The notes: generated by a model from the sequence alone, not told the origin. Numbered from the stretch's first letter, positions 1 through 9,768 are shown. The stretch is DNA of 26,277 bases from Myxococcota bacterium (GCA_040752415.1 JBFMGU010000148.1:1-26277); one strand, 5' to 3'. A program made the numbers and translations.

Positions 1-492
1 GGCCTGGCTCACCTGGGGCGCGGGCGCGCTGGGGGGCGGCGGAGGCGGGGGCGGCGGGGCCTTGCTGTAGGTGATCCCGCGCGCGGCCAGCGCGGCCTTG
101 GCCTCCGCGTTGTCCGGCTCGGCGTCAATGGCGGCCTTGAACGCGGCCACGGCGTCGTCGGGCTTGCCGCCGCGCTCATGCAGCCGACCCAGCATCACGT
201 GGCTGGCGGCGTGGTTGGGGTCCATCTTCAGGATGGCCTGGACCTCTTCCACCGCCTTGGGGAGCTTGCCCTGGTCCGCGTACACGCGTGCCAGCAGGAT
301 GCGCCGGGCCTTGTCTTCCGGCTTGGCCTTGACCGCCTTGCGGCCCAGCACCATGGCCTCCATGTGGCGGCCCTGGGCGAGGTAGGCGTCAAGCAGCGGG
401 AGGCACGCGTCGGACGTGGGGTCCCGTGCAAAGGCCATCTCCAACTCGGTGATGTTGACCGGGGGTTGAGATGTGCCGGGCTTGTCCGACAT
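1..492 (-). CDS. TPR-repeat protein, 5' part (continues beyond window start)
   Basis: Translated by hand, absent from the ORF track. ATG at 492 with GGAGG upstream; MSDKPGTSQPPVNITELEMAFARDPTSDACLPLLDAYLAQGRHMEA...LLARVYADQGKLPKAVEE...MLGRLHERGGKPDDAVAAFKAAIDAEPDNAEA, a TPR-like helical pattern followed by poly-Pro; no stop before position 1. Confidence 0.85.
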   Translation of the reverse strand, partial: MSDKPGTSQPPVNITELEMAFARDPTSDACLPLLDAYLAQGRHMEAMVLGRKAVKAKPEDKARRILLARVYADQGKLPKAVEEVQAILKMDPNHAASHVMLGRLHERGGKPDDAVAAFKAAIDAEPDNAEAKAALAARGITYSKAPPPPPPPPPSAPAPQVSQA

Positions 493-614
493 GAACGGGC
501 CGCCTCCACAGCGGGTGCTTGGGTGGTCCATCCCGTACGCGCGTCCGCGCCCGGGAGGAGCGATCAGACCGTTGGCGGTGGTACCGCGACGTCGGCCGGG
601 CGGTCAAATCTGCG

Positions 615-1667
615 TCAGCCCTGCACCTCGCGTTCACGGTTGGCCAGCCTCAGGGCCAGCTTCAGCGCCGCCGCCATGCTCCGCGCGTCCACCCGATCGG
701 TGCCGGCCACGTCGTACGCGGTGCCATGGTCGCAGCTGGCGCGCGGGACGGACAGGCCCACCGTCATCTGGCAGCCGCGCCCGCGCTCCCACAGCTTGAA
801 CGGCCCCAGGCCCTGGTCGTGGTAGAGCGCCAGCACCGCGCCCGGCGGCGTCCGCTCCCGGTAGCGCGCGAAGTAGCCGTCGGCGGGGAAGGGTCCCTCC
901 ACGTCCAGTACCTCGGCGCGCGCCGCCGCCACCGCCGGGGCCACCACGTCCACATCCTCCCGCCCGATCCGCCCGCCCTCCGAGGCATGCGGGTTCAGCC
1001 CCAGCACGTGCACGGACGGCGTCTTCACACCCAGTTGATCCCGCAGCCCCCCCGTCAGCGTGCGCAGCGTCGTCAGCAGGCCCGGCACCGTCACCGCCGC
1101 GGGCACCCGCGAGAGGGGCAGGTGGATGGTGTGCAGCGCCAGCCGCATCCCCGACGCCACGAACAGCATCACCGGCGCGGGGGACACACCCAGGCGCGCG
1201 TGGAAGAGCTCGGTGTGGCCGGGCCAGGGGCCGCCGGGGATCCGGGAGAAGCTGGCCTTGCGCGCCGGCCCCGTCGCCACCGCGTGGATCCACCCGGCCT
1301 GCGCGGCGTGCAGCGCGTCGGTGAGGGCGCGGGCGGAGGCGCGGTCGGCGCGTGCGGTGGGGTGGCCGGGGGTGAAGCGCTCGTCGGGCGGGGCGCTGGG
1401 GACCAGGCTGAGGGGTGCGGTGGTCGTCGCCACGTCCAGGGCGCGGATCAGGGGCGCCTTCAGGCCCAGCGGCCCGCCCGCACGACGCCACGCCTCGGGC
1501 GCGCCGTAGATCACCCAGCGCGCGGCGGTGCGGAGCTTCTCGTCGGACAAGGCCTGGGCCACCACCTGCGGGCCCACGCCGCAGGGGCAACCCAGGGTGA
1601 CGCCAATGCGGGGAAGATCGCGTCCCACCCCACGGGACGCGGAGGGGCGCGGGACGGCGCGGCTCAC
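615..1667 (-). CDS. pdxA: 4-hydroxythreonine-4-phosphate dehydrogenase (PdxA family)
   Basis: Motifs GHTE, LNPHASEGGRIGRED, GPFPADGYF, YHDQGLGPFK, DHGTAYDVAG. Start probably GTG 1667 (GTGA overlap with the upstream stop) or GTG 1628. Confidence 0.92.
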   Translation of the reverse strand: MSRAVPRPSASRGVGRDLPRIGVTLGCPCGVGPQVVAQALSDEKLRTAARWVIYGAPEAWRRAGGPLGLKAPLIRALDVATTTAPLSLVPSAPPDERFTPGHPTARADRASARALTDALHAAQAGWIHAVATGPARKASFSRIPGGPWPGHTELFHARLGVSPAPVMLFVASGMRLALHTIHLPLSRVPAAVTVPGLLTTLRTLTGGLRDQLGVKTPSVHVLGLNPHASEGGRIGREDVDVVAPAVAAARAEVLDVEGPFPADGYFARYRERTPPGAVLALYHDQGLGPFKLWERGRGCQMTVGLSVPRASCDHGTAYDVAGTDRVDARSMAAALKLALRLANREREVQG

Positions 1668-2161
1668 GGGGTGGTGGCGGAGGGTGGATCCCGGTGCGGG
1701 AAGAGCTTGATGTCCACGCGGTGGTTCGCGCCGCCGGTCACGGCCATCTCCTCGCACCCCACCGCCAGCGGCTGCCCGGGCACGTCCACCTCTTCCCGAC
1801 GGTCCGTGGTGCAGGCGCCCGGCGTGCGCGTGCCGATCACCAGGATGACGCGCTGCCCCTCGGTGACCTTGCCCAGCACGCGGCTGACCGCCTCCGCGGA
1901 GTCCTGGTCCACGCACTTGCGGGCGCGCTCGTTGGTGGCGTCGCGCTTGAGGTCCAGGGCCAGGTTGGTCTGCAGCAGGCGGGCGCAGTTGAAGGTGTCG
2001 CTCTTCTCGAAGGCGAAGAAGTCAAACGCGGTGATGAGGTTGAAGCGCTCATCATCCAGCAGCGCGGCGCTGACCGTGGCGTGCTCCGTCTCCACCACCG
2101 GCTCCCGGCACGCGCACAACGCAAGCAGGCCGCAGAGGGCAGGCAGGTGTCGCTTCATCAT
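1664..2161 (-). CDS. Hypothetical lipoprotein
   Basis: MMKRHLPALCGLLALCAC lipobox-like signal; ATGA overlap with upstream stop; four further Cys in the mature part. Confidence 0.75.
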   Translation of the reverse strand: MMKRHLPALCGLLALCACREPVVETEHATVSAALLDDERFNLITAFDFFAFEKSDTFNCARLLQTNLALDLKRDATNERARKCVDQDSAEAVSRVLGKVTEGQRVILVIGTRTPGACTTDRREEVDVPGQPLAVGCEEMAVTGGANHRVDIKLFPHRDPPSATTP

Positions 2162-3138
2162 CGCTCCACCACCACGTTGACGCGGCCAATCCGGTTGGGC
2201 GTCTGCGTGCCGCACCGGGTCTCATCCACCAGGTAGCAGTACGCCGCCGCGCCGCCGCCCACCGCCGCGCCGGTGCCACCGCCCACCACCAGCAGCCCCA
2301 CCACCAGCACCGCCGCCACGCCCACGCCGCCCACCACCGCCAGCGGGACAATGGGCGGACCGCCCTCGTCCTCCTCCGCCTTGCTGCCCGACGGGGGACG
2401 CGTGGTGGCCGCGGCGGAAGGATCCCCCACCGTGACGCGGTAGATGGGCTTGCCGCCCTGCACCTCGACGGGGTCGCCCACCATGTTCTGGAAGACGAAG
2501 CTGTACTCGATGAAGTAGCCCGCCGGTTTCTCGCCGGGGATGGAGGCGGCGGGGTCGGGGAGCTTGCCCTTGTAGACGCGCACGCCCTCCTTGGTGCCCG
2601 CGCTCTGCAGCGGCACGTTGACGAAGGCGCCCTGCTGTCCACCCACCACCGCGCGCACCTTGGCGGCGGCCTGCGCCGCGCGACCGAAGGTGTCCTTGAG
2701 GCTGACCTGCACTTCCAGGTCCTGTCCCGTCTGCAGCGTGTCCACCGGCGGCGTGTGCTCCAGGCTGACCGCGCTGTTCTTGCGGAAATCCTTCTTCACC
2801 TCCGCGAACACGCCGCGGAAGCGCGGGCTGACCGAGGCGTCCATCTCGTGGTTCGGGTCCACGATGAGCAGACGGATGAAGGCCTCGCGCGCCTTCTGGC
2901 TGTCGCCCAGCACGGTGTAGGTGAAGCCCTGGAGCTTGTAGATCTCCAGGTATTCCTCCCGCGTGGTCTCCGGCTGCAGCACCGCTTCGGCCAGCAGCGC
3001 CGGCAGCGCCTGGTAGTCCAGCTCCTGGTACTTCTGCCGCGCCTGCTCCAGGTAGACGTTGGCGGCGTGCGCCTCCACGGCCGCGCCGGAGAGCAGCAGG
3101 ACGAGCACGAGGCGGCGCAGCGTGAGGATCATGGTCAC
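2158..3138 (-). CDS. Exported protein with TPR-like N-terminal domain, beta-rich middle and C-terminal Gly-rich hydrophobic segment
   Basis: Signal peptide ending AHA; IYKLQGFTYTVLGDSQKAREAFIRLLIVDP is TPR-like; hydrophobic VVGGVGVAAVLVVGLLVVGGG near the C-terminus; GTGA overlap with upstream gene. Confidence 0.75.
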   Translation of the reverse strand: MTMILTLRRLVLVLLLSGAAVEAHAANVYLEQARQKYQELDYQALPALLAEAVLQPETTREEYLEIYKLQGFTYTVLGDSQKAREAFIRLLIVDPNHEMDASVSPRFRGVFAEVKKDFRKNSAVSLEHTPPVDTLQTGQDLEVQVSLKDTFGRAAQAAAKVRAVVGGQQGAFVNVPLQSAGTKEGVRVYKGKLPDPAASIPGEKPAGYFIEYSFVFQNMVGDPVEVQGGKPIYRVTVGDPSAAATTRPPSGSKAEEDEGGPPIVPLAVVGGVGVAAVLVVGLLVVGGGTGAAVGGGAAAYCYLVDETRCGTQTPNRIGRVNVVVER

Positions 3139-3791
3139 GGTTCACACGCCGGCACGCCGACCGCGTTGAGGGAGCAGGGACAGCCTCCGGCGTCGGGGGT
3201 GCAGCGCTGGGGGGCATACGGCACGCCGAGGTTGTCCAGCAGGTCTGGCGGCGGGGAGACGGGGCGCGCGTAGAGGTGGAAGGACACGGGCGCGGACTGG
3301 TTGCCGCACTGGATGCTCAGGGTCTCATTGCCGCCAAACGCCCCGGTGCACGGCGTGGGCGCCCCGGCGAAGGGCGGATTGGAGAACCCGCTGAGGCCGC
3401 CCAGCCGTTCCACGGTGGCGGTGAAGGGCACGCCGCCGCTGCTGGCGCGCGAGATCTCGCAGTCCGCGCTCTGCTGCAGGGTGATGGTGCCCAGGTGGCC
3501 GCCGTCGGCGCCCGTCAGGCGGTCCTGCCAGGCTTCCCAGCTCCCCGCCAGGTGCATGCACGCGGGCGCAAACGCGCATCGACCATCCACGCACGCCCGG
3601 CCGTCCGCGCAGTCCCCGTTGCCGCCACAGCTCTGCGGGCCGGGGAAGGTCTTCTCCTCGCAGCGACGGGTGAGGCGGTTGCACTGCTGCGTCTCGGAGC
3701 ACATCAGGTCCGAGTCACAGGTGCTGCTGCACGCCGAGGCGAGCGCCGCGGACAGCAGGCAGAGCAGGGACAGCAACGCGGGATACCGCAT
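3135..3791 (-). CDS. Cys-rich lipoprotein
   Basis: MRYPALLSLLCLLSAALASAC lipobox; repeated C-x5-C-x5-C modules (CDSDLMCSETQQC, CGGNGDCADGRACVDGRC). Confidence 0.75.
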   Translation of the reverse strand: MRYPALLSLLCLLSAALASACSSTCDSDLMCSETQQCNRLTRRCEEKTFPGPQSCGGNGDCADGRACVDGRCAFAPACMHLAGSWEAWQDRLTGADGGHLGTITLQQSADCEISRASSGGVPFTATVERLGGLSGFSNPPFAGAPTPCTGAFGGNETLSIQCGNQSAPVSFHLYARPVSPPPDLLDNLGVPYAPQRCTPDAGGCPCSLNAVGVPACEP

Positions 3792-3847
3792 GCGGGGGCG
3801 CACGCTAGCACAGCGCCCATGGGGGGAGCGCAAGGGCTGAGATGCCC

Positions 3848-4768
3848 TCAGGTTGGCGGAGCCCATTCCCCCTCCAGCCAATTCGTGGGTTTCAGCGCGT
3901 CCACCAGCTTCCGCTCCGGCGTGCCCGGCGCGGGCTGGTAGTTGTACGCCCAGCGCACCAGCGGCGGCAGGCTCATGAGGATGCTCTCGGTCCGGCCCTG
4001 CGTCTCCAGCCCGAAGAGCGTGCCGCGGTCATAGATCAGGTTGAACTCCACGTACCGCCCACGACGCAAGAGCTGGTGGGTGCGGTGCCTTGGCTCATAG
4101 GCCAGGTTCGCCCGCCGCTCGACGATGGGGAGGTACGCGGGCAGGAACGCGTTGCCGGCGGTCTCCAGGAAGCGGAGGTGGGCGGCCATGTCGGAGCCGT
4201 CGCGGCCCAGGTGGTCAAAGAAGATGCCGCCCACCCCGCGCGTCTCACCGCGGTGCTTGAGGAAGAAGTACTCGTCGCACCAGGCCTTGAAGCGCGCGTA
4301 GCAGTTGGGATCGTGACGGTCGCAGGCGCGACGCAGCGTGCGGTGGAAATGCGCCGCGTCCTCGCGGAACAGGTAGTAGGGCGTGAGGTCCGCGCCGCCG
4401 CCCACCCAGCGCACGCCGCCCTGCTCGAAGTAGCGGAAGTTGGCGTGGGTGGTGGGGCAGAAGGGATTCTTGGGGTGCAGGACCAGGCTCACGCCGGTGG
4501 CAAAGAACTCTCGACCCTGCCCGCCCACCTTCTTGGCGAACTCCTCGGGCAGCTCACCGTGGACGGCGGAGAAGTTCACCCCGGCCTTCTCGAAGACCCG
4601 GCCGTCCTCCAGCACCCGGCTGCGACCACCCCCGCCGCCCGGGCGCTCCCAGGCATCCTCGACAAAGCGGCCTCTTCCGTCGGCGGCTTCCAGGCCGCGA
4701 CAGATGGCATCCTGCAGGCGCTGCACCAGGGACTGGGCTTGAGCGGCAAACTCGCTGGTCTGCATCAT
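3848..4768 (-). CDS. hemF: Oxygen-dependent coproporphyrinogen-III oxidase
   Basis: FEKAGVNFSAVHG, GVSLVLHPKNPFCPTTHANFRYF, GGGADLTPYY, WCDEYFFLKHRGETRGVGGIFFD, RRGRYVEFNLIYDRGTLFGL, RTESILMSLPP. Real start is MMQTSEF at 4768. Confidence 0.97.
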   Translation of the reverse strand: MMQTSEFAAQAQSLVQRLQDAICRGLEAADGRGRFVEDAWERPGGGGGRSRVLEDGRVFEKAGVNFSAVHGELPEEFAKKVGGQGREFFATGVSLVLHPKNPFCPTTHANFRYFEQGGVRWVGGGADLTPYYLFREDAAHFHRTLRRACDRHDPNCYARFKAWCDEYFFLKHRGETRGVGGIFFDHLGRDGSDMAAHLRFLETAGNAFLPAYLPIVERRANLAYEPRHRTHQLLRRGRYVEFNLIYDRGTLFGLETQGRTESILMSLPPLVRWAYNYQPAPGTPERKLVDALKPTNWLEGEWAPPT

Positions 4769-4873
4769 GGGCCCCCCACTAGTACGACTGCGCCGCCACA
4801 GGGTAGGGGCCCTGCCACGCGAGGCGACGTATCCTGCGCCGCGGCAGGTCCATGTTGTGAAGGAGGAACGGAA

Positions 4874-5098
4874 ATGCCCATCTACGAGTACGTGTGCAAC
4901 AGCTGTGAGCATCACTTCGAGACGCTGGTGAGCGGGAGCCACAAGCCGGAGTGTCCGTCGTGCCAGGGCAAGGAGCTGACGAAGAAGCTGAGCGTGTTCG
5001 CGGTCAGTGACGGGAGCAGCACGTCGAGCGGAGGGCCGTCCGCGTGCGGGAGCTGCGGGGATCCGCGCGGGCCGGGCGCGTGCCGGATGGCGAACTGA
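4874..5098 (+). CDS. FmdB-family zinc-ribbon protein
   Basis: MPIYEYVCNSC...FE...CPSC...KKLSVF with a C-terminal CGSCG; strong RBS AGGAGG at 4861-4866. Confidence 0.93.
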   Translation: MPIYEYVCNSCEHHFETLVSGSHKPECPSCQGKELTKKLSVFAVSDGSSTSSGGPSACGSCGDPRGPGACRMAN

Positions 5099-5200
5099 AG
5101 AGGCGCGGCGGGACGATGGTGTCGTCGTCGTAGGCGTGGCCATGGCCGCTGACGGGGCCTTGGCTGGACTTCCGCCCCATCCCGATGCGAGGGGACAGGC

Positions 5201-7609
5201 ATGCGCAGACCGTGGATGTCGTGGCTCCGGGTGGCGGTCGCCGTGGCGGTGGTGGGCACCCTCCCGCTCAACTGCGGCACCGACCGTCGCGTCTGTGAGG
5301 CGCTGGACCTGAGCGGCACCTGGACCGAGCAGGGCCGCCCCGACGGCGAGAACAGCACCCTCGTTGTCCAGAACACCAACGGCAAGAACGACGTCACCGT
5401 GACCTGGAACCGCACCACGCCCTACCCCAAGGAGAACGTGGTGCTGGACAGCTTCATCTGGCCGCCCGAGCGCAACGACGCGATGGGCAACCTCCGCTTC
5501 GGCGAGAACGACAAGCGCGACCCCGCCGGCGACAACCTCGCCCCGCAGACCGGCACCACCCGGCTGCACGTCATGAGCCGCAAGTTCGGGTGTCGGCCCA
5601 GCTTCCCGCAGACGTTGTGCGAGGTCCGCTACGAGCTGGTCCTCACCGGGCGCTCGGCGCAGAACGCGCTGTCCGGCACCGTCGAGATCTGGCGCGACCT
5701 GCGCGTGGGCCCCGACCGCACGCTGGACCGCATCCGCAGCTTCCCCGTCACCTTCGTCCGCACCGAGCCGCTGGAGTCCGTGCCCGACTGCGACGGCGTC
5801 GAGGACAACAACTCCGACAACGGCGGCGGCTGCACGCCCGTCCTCGACGGTCCCGCCGACGGATCGACGGAGGGCACCGGCTCGTCCTCGTCGTCAGGCA
5901 CGGCCAGCGGGTCCACCAGCTCGTCGGGGGGAAGCTCGTCGGGAGGGAGCGGCGCGCCGGGGTTGGGGCCCATGCAGGTGGACCGCCTCAGCATTGGCCA
6001 GAACCTCGCCTCCCCCGACGGAGACAGCGACCATCCCGTCATCAGCGCCGACGGCCGCTACGTGGCGTTCTCCTCCGCCGCCACCAACCTGGTTCCCTCC
6101 GACATCAACGGCGCCGTCGACGTCTTCCTGCACGACCGCGTGCTCGGCACCACCTCGCGCGTCAGCGCTGGTGAAGGCGGGGTCGAGGCCAACGGCTCCT
6201 CCAACCAGCCCGCCATCAGCGCCGACGGCCGCTATGTGGCGTTCTCCTCCGCGGCCACCAACCTCGTCCCCGACGACGACAACGGCGTGGCCGACATCTT
6301 CATCAAGGACTGGCACACCGGCGCCGTGCAGCGCGTCACCGCCTCCGCCAACGCGGATTGCACCGAGCCCGCGATGAGCGCGGATGGTCGCGTGGTGGCG
6401 TTCGTCTCCGCCTCGGACAGCCTGGTGACCGGCGACGACAACGCGCTCCCCGACGTCTTCGTGCATGACACGGTCACCGTCACCACCACCCGCGTCAGCG
6501 TCTCCTCCGACGGGACGGGCGCCCTGGGCGGCGCGAGTGGCACGCCGGTGCTGAGCGGGAGCGGCCGACTGGTGGCCTTCGCCTCCGACGCCACGAACCT
6601 GATCGCCGACGACACCAATGGCGTCACCGACGTCTTCCTGCACGACCGCCTCACGGGCACCACCACGCGCATCAGCACCGGCCCGGCGCGCTCGCACAGC
6701 CCCGCGCTCAGCGCCAACGGCCGCACGCTGGCCCTGGTGACGACGGTGAGCGGGACCGCGGTGGAGACCCTGCAGGTGTTCGACCTGTGGACCGGCGCCC
6801 CGCCCACCGGCGTGCACACCGTCGATGGCGCGCCACCGAATGGTCCGCTGCTCGCTCCGTCGCTGAGCGCGGGCGGACGCTACGTGGCCCTGGCGTCCAC
6901 CGCCAGCAACCTGCTCTCCGACGACACCGTGGCCCGCCTGGTCTACGTGCAGGACCTGGGCAACGGGCAGACCGAGCAGGCCTCCGCCTCCCGCCTCAAC
7001 CAGTCCCCCGACGACGACAGCGACACCCCCGCCCTCAGCGGCGACGGCCTGCACGTGGCGTTCACCTCGCGCGCGGGCAACCTGGTGCTGGGGGATGGAC
7101 CCGGGACGCTGGACGTGTTCGCCGCCTCCGCGGTGCCGCTCGTCGACGGGGACCGGGATGCCCGCGCCGCGCTGCAGGCGCTGGTGGAACTGGTGGCGCC
7201 GCAACGCGACCGGCTGCGCGACGCGGTGGAGGCGTTCGAGGCCGCGGGCGGGTCCACGCAAAACTCCCTCCTCGTGGAGGCGCGCTTCGGGCTCGCGCTG
7301 CTGGATCCCTCGTTGACGTCGGCGCGGGCGCTGCTGGGCCAGCCGGTGAGTCCCTCGGTGATCGCCCTGCGGGACGCCCACAGTGAGCTGCGCGCCCGCG
7401 CCCTGGTGGCCGACGCGCCCATGTGGTCCTACGCGCTGGAGGCCGCCACCGGGCAGATCCCTCCCGCCGACGCCGGCGTGACCGTGGACGCCAGCGCGGA
7501 CGCCGCCATCCCCGACGCCGCCCCGCCCACCGACGCCGCCACCGACGCAGGCGAGGGCGGAGATGCCGGCGTGGACGGTGGCGCCAGCGACGCGGGGGCG
7601 CGGGACTGA
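5201..7609 (+). CDS. Lipoprotein with TolB/PD40-like beta-propeller repeats
   Basis: Signal peptide ending LPLNC; Ser/Gly linker; several blades of the type PxISADGRYVAFSSAATNLVPxDxNGxxDVF; acidic DAG-rich tail. Confidence 0.85.
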   Translation: MRRPWMSWLRVAVAVAVVGTLPLNCGTDRRVCEALDLSGTWTEQGRPDGENSTLVVQNTNGKNDVTVTWNRTTPYPKENVVLDSFIWPPERNDAMGNLRFGENDKRDPAGDNLAPQTGTTRLHVMSRKFGCRPSFPQTLCEVRYELVLTGRSAQNALSGTVEIWRDLRVGPDRTLDRIRSFPVTFVRTEPLESVPDCDGVEDNNSDNGGGCTPVLDGPADGSTEGTGSSSSSGTASGSTSSSGGSSSGGSGAPGLGPMQVDRLSIGQNLASPDGDSDHPVISADGRYVAFSSAATNLVPSDINGAVDVFLHDRVLGTTSRVSAGEGGVEANGSSNQPAISADGRYVAFSSAATNLVPDDDNGVADIFIKDWHTGAVQRVTASANADCTEPAMSADGRVVAFVSASDSLVTGDDNALPDVFVHDTVTVTTTRVSVSSDGTGALGGASGTPVLSGSGRLVAFASDATNLIADDTNGVTDVFLHDRLTGTTTRISTGPARSHSPALSANGRTLALVTTVSGTAVETLQVFDLWTGAPPTGVHTVDGAPPNGPLLAPSLSAGGRYVALASTASNLLSDDTVARLVYVQDLGNGQTEQASASRLNQSPDDDSDTPALSGDGLHVAFTSRAGNLVLGDGPGTLDVFAASAVPLVDGDRDARAALQALVELVAPQRDRLRDAVEAFEAAGGSTQNSLLVEARFGLALLDPSLTSARALLGQPVSPSVIALRDAHSELRARALVADAPMWSYALEAATGQIPPADAGVTVDASADAAIPDAAPPTDAATDAGEGGDAGVDGGASDAGARD

Positions 7610-7692
7610 GAACGCGTCCGTCGCCCGCCGGTTGACCACACCGGCACAAAAGGTTGAGCCTGCGCCTCCTGTGACCCTGATCCGGGAGGAGT

Positions 7693-9144
7693 GTGGCAAT
7701 GGCCAAGGTGCACGATGGGCCCATCACCAAGGACACGCTGGTGGAGGAGACCCGCTTCCTCCTCAAGACGCTCCTGCGTGACGACCTGTTCGGCGAGGAG
7801 GTCTCCCTCACCGAGGCCGAGAAGCTCCTCGAGGCGAGCCTGACGCTGGGCTTTGTGGACTACGCCGCGTTCCTCAAGAAGCGCGAGTACGTGGTCATTG
7901 ACCGCACCCGCAACAGCGTCCGCGTCACCGCCAAGGGTCGCCTCATTGCCGACGGCATGGACGACGCGGAATTCCACCGCGAGCTGACCGCGCACTTCTC
8001 CTCCCGCCTCAACGCGCCCGCGCGGGAGCCGGTGGTGGCGCCGGTGGCCAACAAGGTGGCGCCGCGCCCGGTGACGGCGGCCGCGGAGGATCTGCGGGAT
8101 GGTCGCTACACGCGGCTGGATCCCATGGGCCAGGGTGGCCTGGGCACGGTGTTCCGCGGCAAGAACATCTACCTGAGCCGCGACGTGGCGATTAAGGAGT
8201 TCCGCCACCTCTTCGACTACCTGACCTACCTCCAGCGCGACGAGGTGCTGCGCAAGCTGCGCGCCGCGGTGATGGCCCAGAGCGGCCTGCACCATCCCTT
8301 CGTGCTGGAGATCCTGGACCTCAACTTCGACAAGGACCCGCCCTACGTCATCCTGGACCTGGCTTCCGGCGGGAACCTGCGCGCGCGCCTGGACCGTGCC
8401 AAGGCCGCCGGCGGCCAGCTGCCCATGCCCTTTGCCACGCGCCTGCTCTTCCAGGTGGCCTACGCGCTGCACCACGCGCACAGCGTGGGGGTGGTCCACG
8501 GCGACCTCAAGCCGGAGAACATCCTGTTTGACCGCGCCGGCAACGTGAAGGTGGGTGACTTCGGCGTGGCGGGTGTCGTCGAGAAGGCGCCGGGGCAGGG
8601 ACCGCCGGTCTACGTGGGCGTGGGCAACCCCAGCTACCTGGCGCCGGAGCAGCTGCACGGGACCTCGTCGGCGGTGCCGGCCTCCGACGTGTATTCCTTC
8701 GGCATCGTCATGTACCACGTGCTCACCGGGAACCTGCCGGGCCGTCGCTCGCCCATGCCTTCCGAGGTGAACGCCGGCTGTCCCAAGGCCATCGACAGCC
8801 TCTTCGACATGATGACCCGCGACCGCCTGGAAGAGCGCATTGGCACCATGGCCGAGGTGCTGGACGGTCTGTACCAGGCCTTCCCCAAGGAGGAGGTGCT
8901 GGAGCGCGGTCACCTCATCCTCTTCGAGAAGGACCCCTATCCACCGCCCGCGCCCGTCGAGCAGCCCGCGCCCGCCAAGCAGAACGACTCCGTGCCGCCC
9001 CCGCCCGCCAATGGACCGGTGCTGGTGGCGGCGGGCGCGCCCGCGGGCAATGGCGCTCCGGCGGCGTCGGCGGAGAGCGGCCGCAGCTTCATGAGCCCGG
9101 GCAACACCGAGGAAGTCACCGACCCCGGCGCGCAGAAGCGCTGA
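7693..9144 (+). CDS. Cytoplasmic Ser/Thr protein kinase with N-terminal winged-helix-like extension
   Basis: GQGGLGTV, VAIKE, HGDLKPENIL, DFG, YLAPEQ, SDVYSFG; no transmembrane segment; GGAGGAG upstream; start is GTG 7693 or ATG 7699. Confidence 0.92.
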   Translation: MAMAKVHDGPITKDTLVEETRFLLKTLLRDDLFGEEVSLTEAEKLLEASLTLGFVDYAAFLKKREYVVIDRTRNSVRVTAKGRLIADGMDDAEFHRELTAHFSSRLNAPAREPVVAPVANKVAPRPVTAAAEDLRDGRYTRLDPMGQGGLGTVFRGKNIYLSRDVAIKEFRHLFDYLTYLQRDEVLRKLRAAVMAQSGLHHPFVLEILDLNFDKDPPYVILDLASGGNLRARLDRAKAAGGQLPMPFATRLLFQVAYALHHAHSVGVVHGDLKPENILFDRAGNVKVGDFGVAGVVEKAPGQGPPVYVGVGNPSYLAPEQLHGTSSAVPASDVYSFGIVMYHVLTGNLPGRRSPMPSEVNAGCPKAIDSLFDMMTRDRLEERIGTMAEVLDGLYQAFPKEEVLERGHLILFEKDPYPPPAPVEQPAPAKQNDSVPPPPANGPVLVAAGAPAGNGAPAASAESGRSFMSPGNTEEVTDPGAQKR

Positions 9145-9156
9145 AAGCCCGCCGCG

Positions 9157-9768
9157 TCAATCCTCGCGACACAGCGTGAAGTAGTGGTCCAGCGCCTTCT
9201 CGCCCTTGTACGCGGTGCCAATGGTGACGTGCTGGGAGACGCCGCGCAGGAAGTCGCGCGTGCCCTTGAAGACGAACATCTGCAGGCCCTTGCTGTTGGG
9301 CACCACGGTGGGCCAGCCGGGCACCACCTCGACGTCGGGGACCTGGAAGTAGTCCACCACCACGTCGCCACGCGCGGCCCACTCCGGCTTGTCCGTGCAG
9401 CGGTACGCCACGAAGTACCCCGGCCCGACGATGGGCCGCGAAGCGCCCTCGTTGAAGCCGAACAGGCGCGCGCTCCCGTCCTTGGGACGACACATGGGCT
9501 TCTGGAAGAAGCGGAACGCACGCGGCAGCGGCAACGTGTTGCGCCCGTGATGCTTCACCTCCGTGACCGCGCCGCGTGACGACGGCACCAGGTCCTCCAG
9601 CGTCAAGGACACCTTCCGCTCCGCCAGTTGGTAGAGGCGACGCTGCTGCGCGCGGTTGGTGGCGCTGAGCGCGCTCATGCGCCCCGCGTGGTCCAGGCCG
9701 TCCAGCAGCGTGCGCACCTGCTCGAAGGTGGAGGTGGAGGAATCCAGGAGCTCGGACAACGTCGTCAT
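9157..9768 (-). CDS. Hypothetical cytoplasmic protein
   Basis: MTTLSELL start coupled by ATGA to the upstream stop; globular-looking sequence (HHGRNTLP, GPGYFVA, RDFLRGVSQHVTIG); no recognised family. Confidence 0.75.
   Translation of the reverse strand: MTTLSELLDSSTSTFEQVRTLLDGLDHAGRMSALSATNRAQQRRLYQLAERKVSLTLEDLVPSSRGAVTEVKHHGRNTLPLPRAFRFFQKPMCRPKDGSARLFGFNEGASRPIVGPGYFVAYRCTDKPEWAARGDVVVDYFQVPDVEVVPGWPTVVPNSKGLQMFVFKGTRDFLRGVSQHVTIGTAYKGEKALDHYFTLCRED

Noticed and set aside
3842..5569. Long N-terminal extensions on hemF and the FmdB-family ORF in the track
   Set aside because: They overlap divergent genes; family homology begins at 4768 and 4874 respectively, and the FmdB start has a strong RBS.
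6041..6660. Nucleotide repeats inside the 5201-7609 gene
   Set aside because: Explained by beta-propeller blade repeats of the encoded protein.
7630..7660. Sigma54 promoter before the kinase (CCGGCACAAAAGGTTGA)
   Set aside because: The GG-N10-GC spacing is not met.
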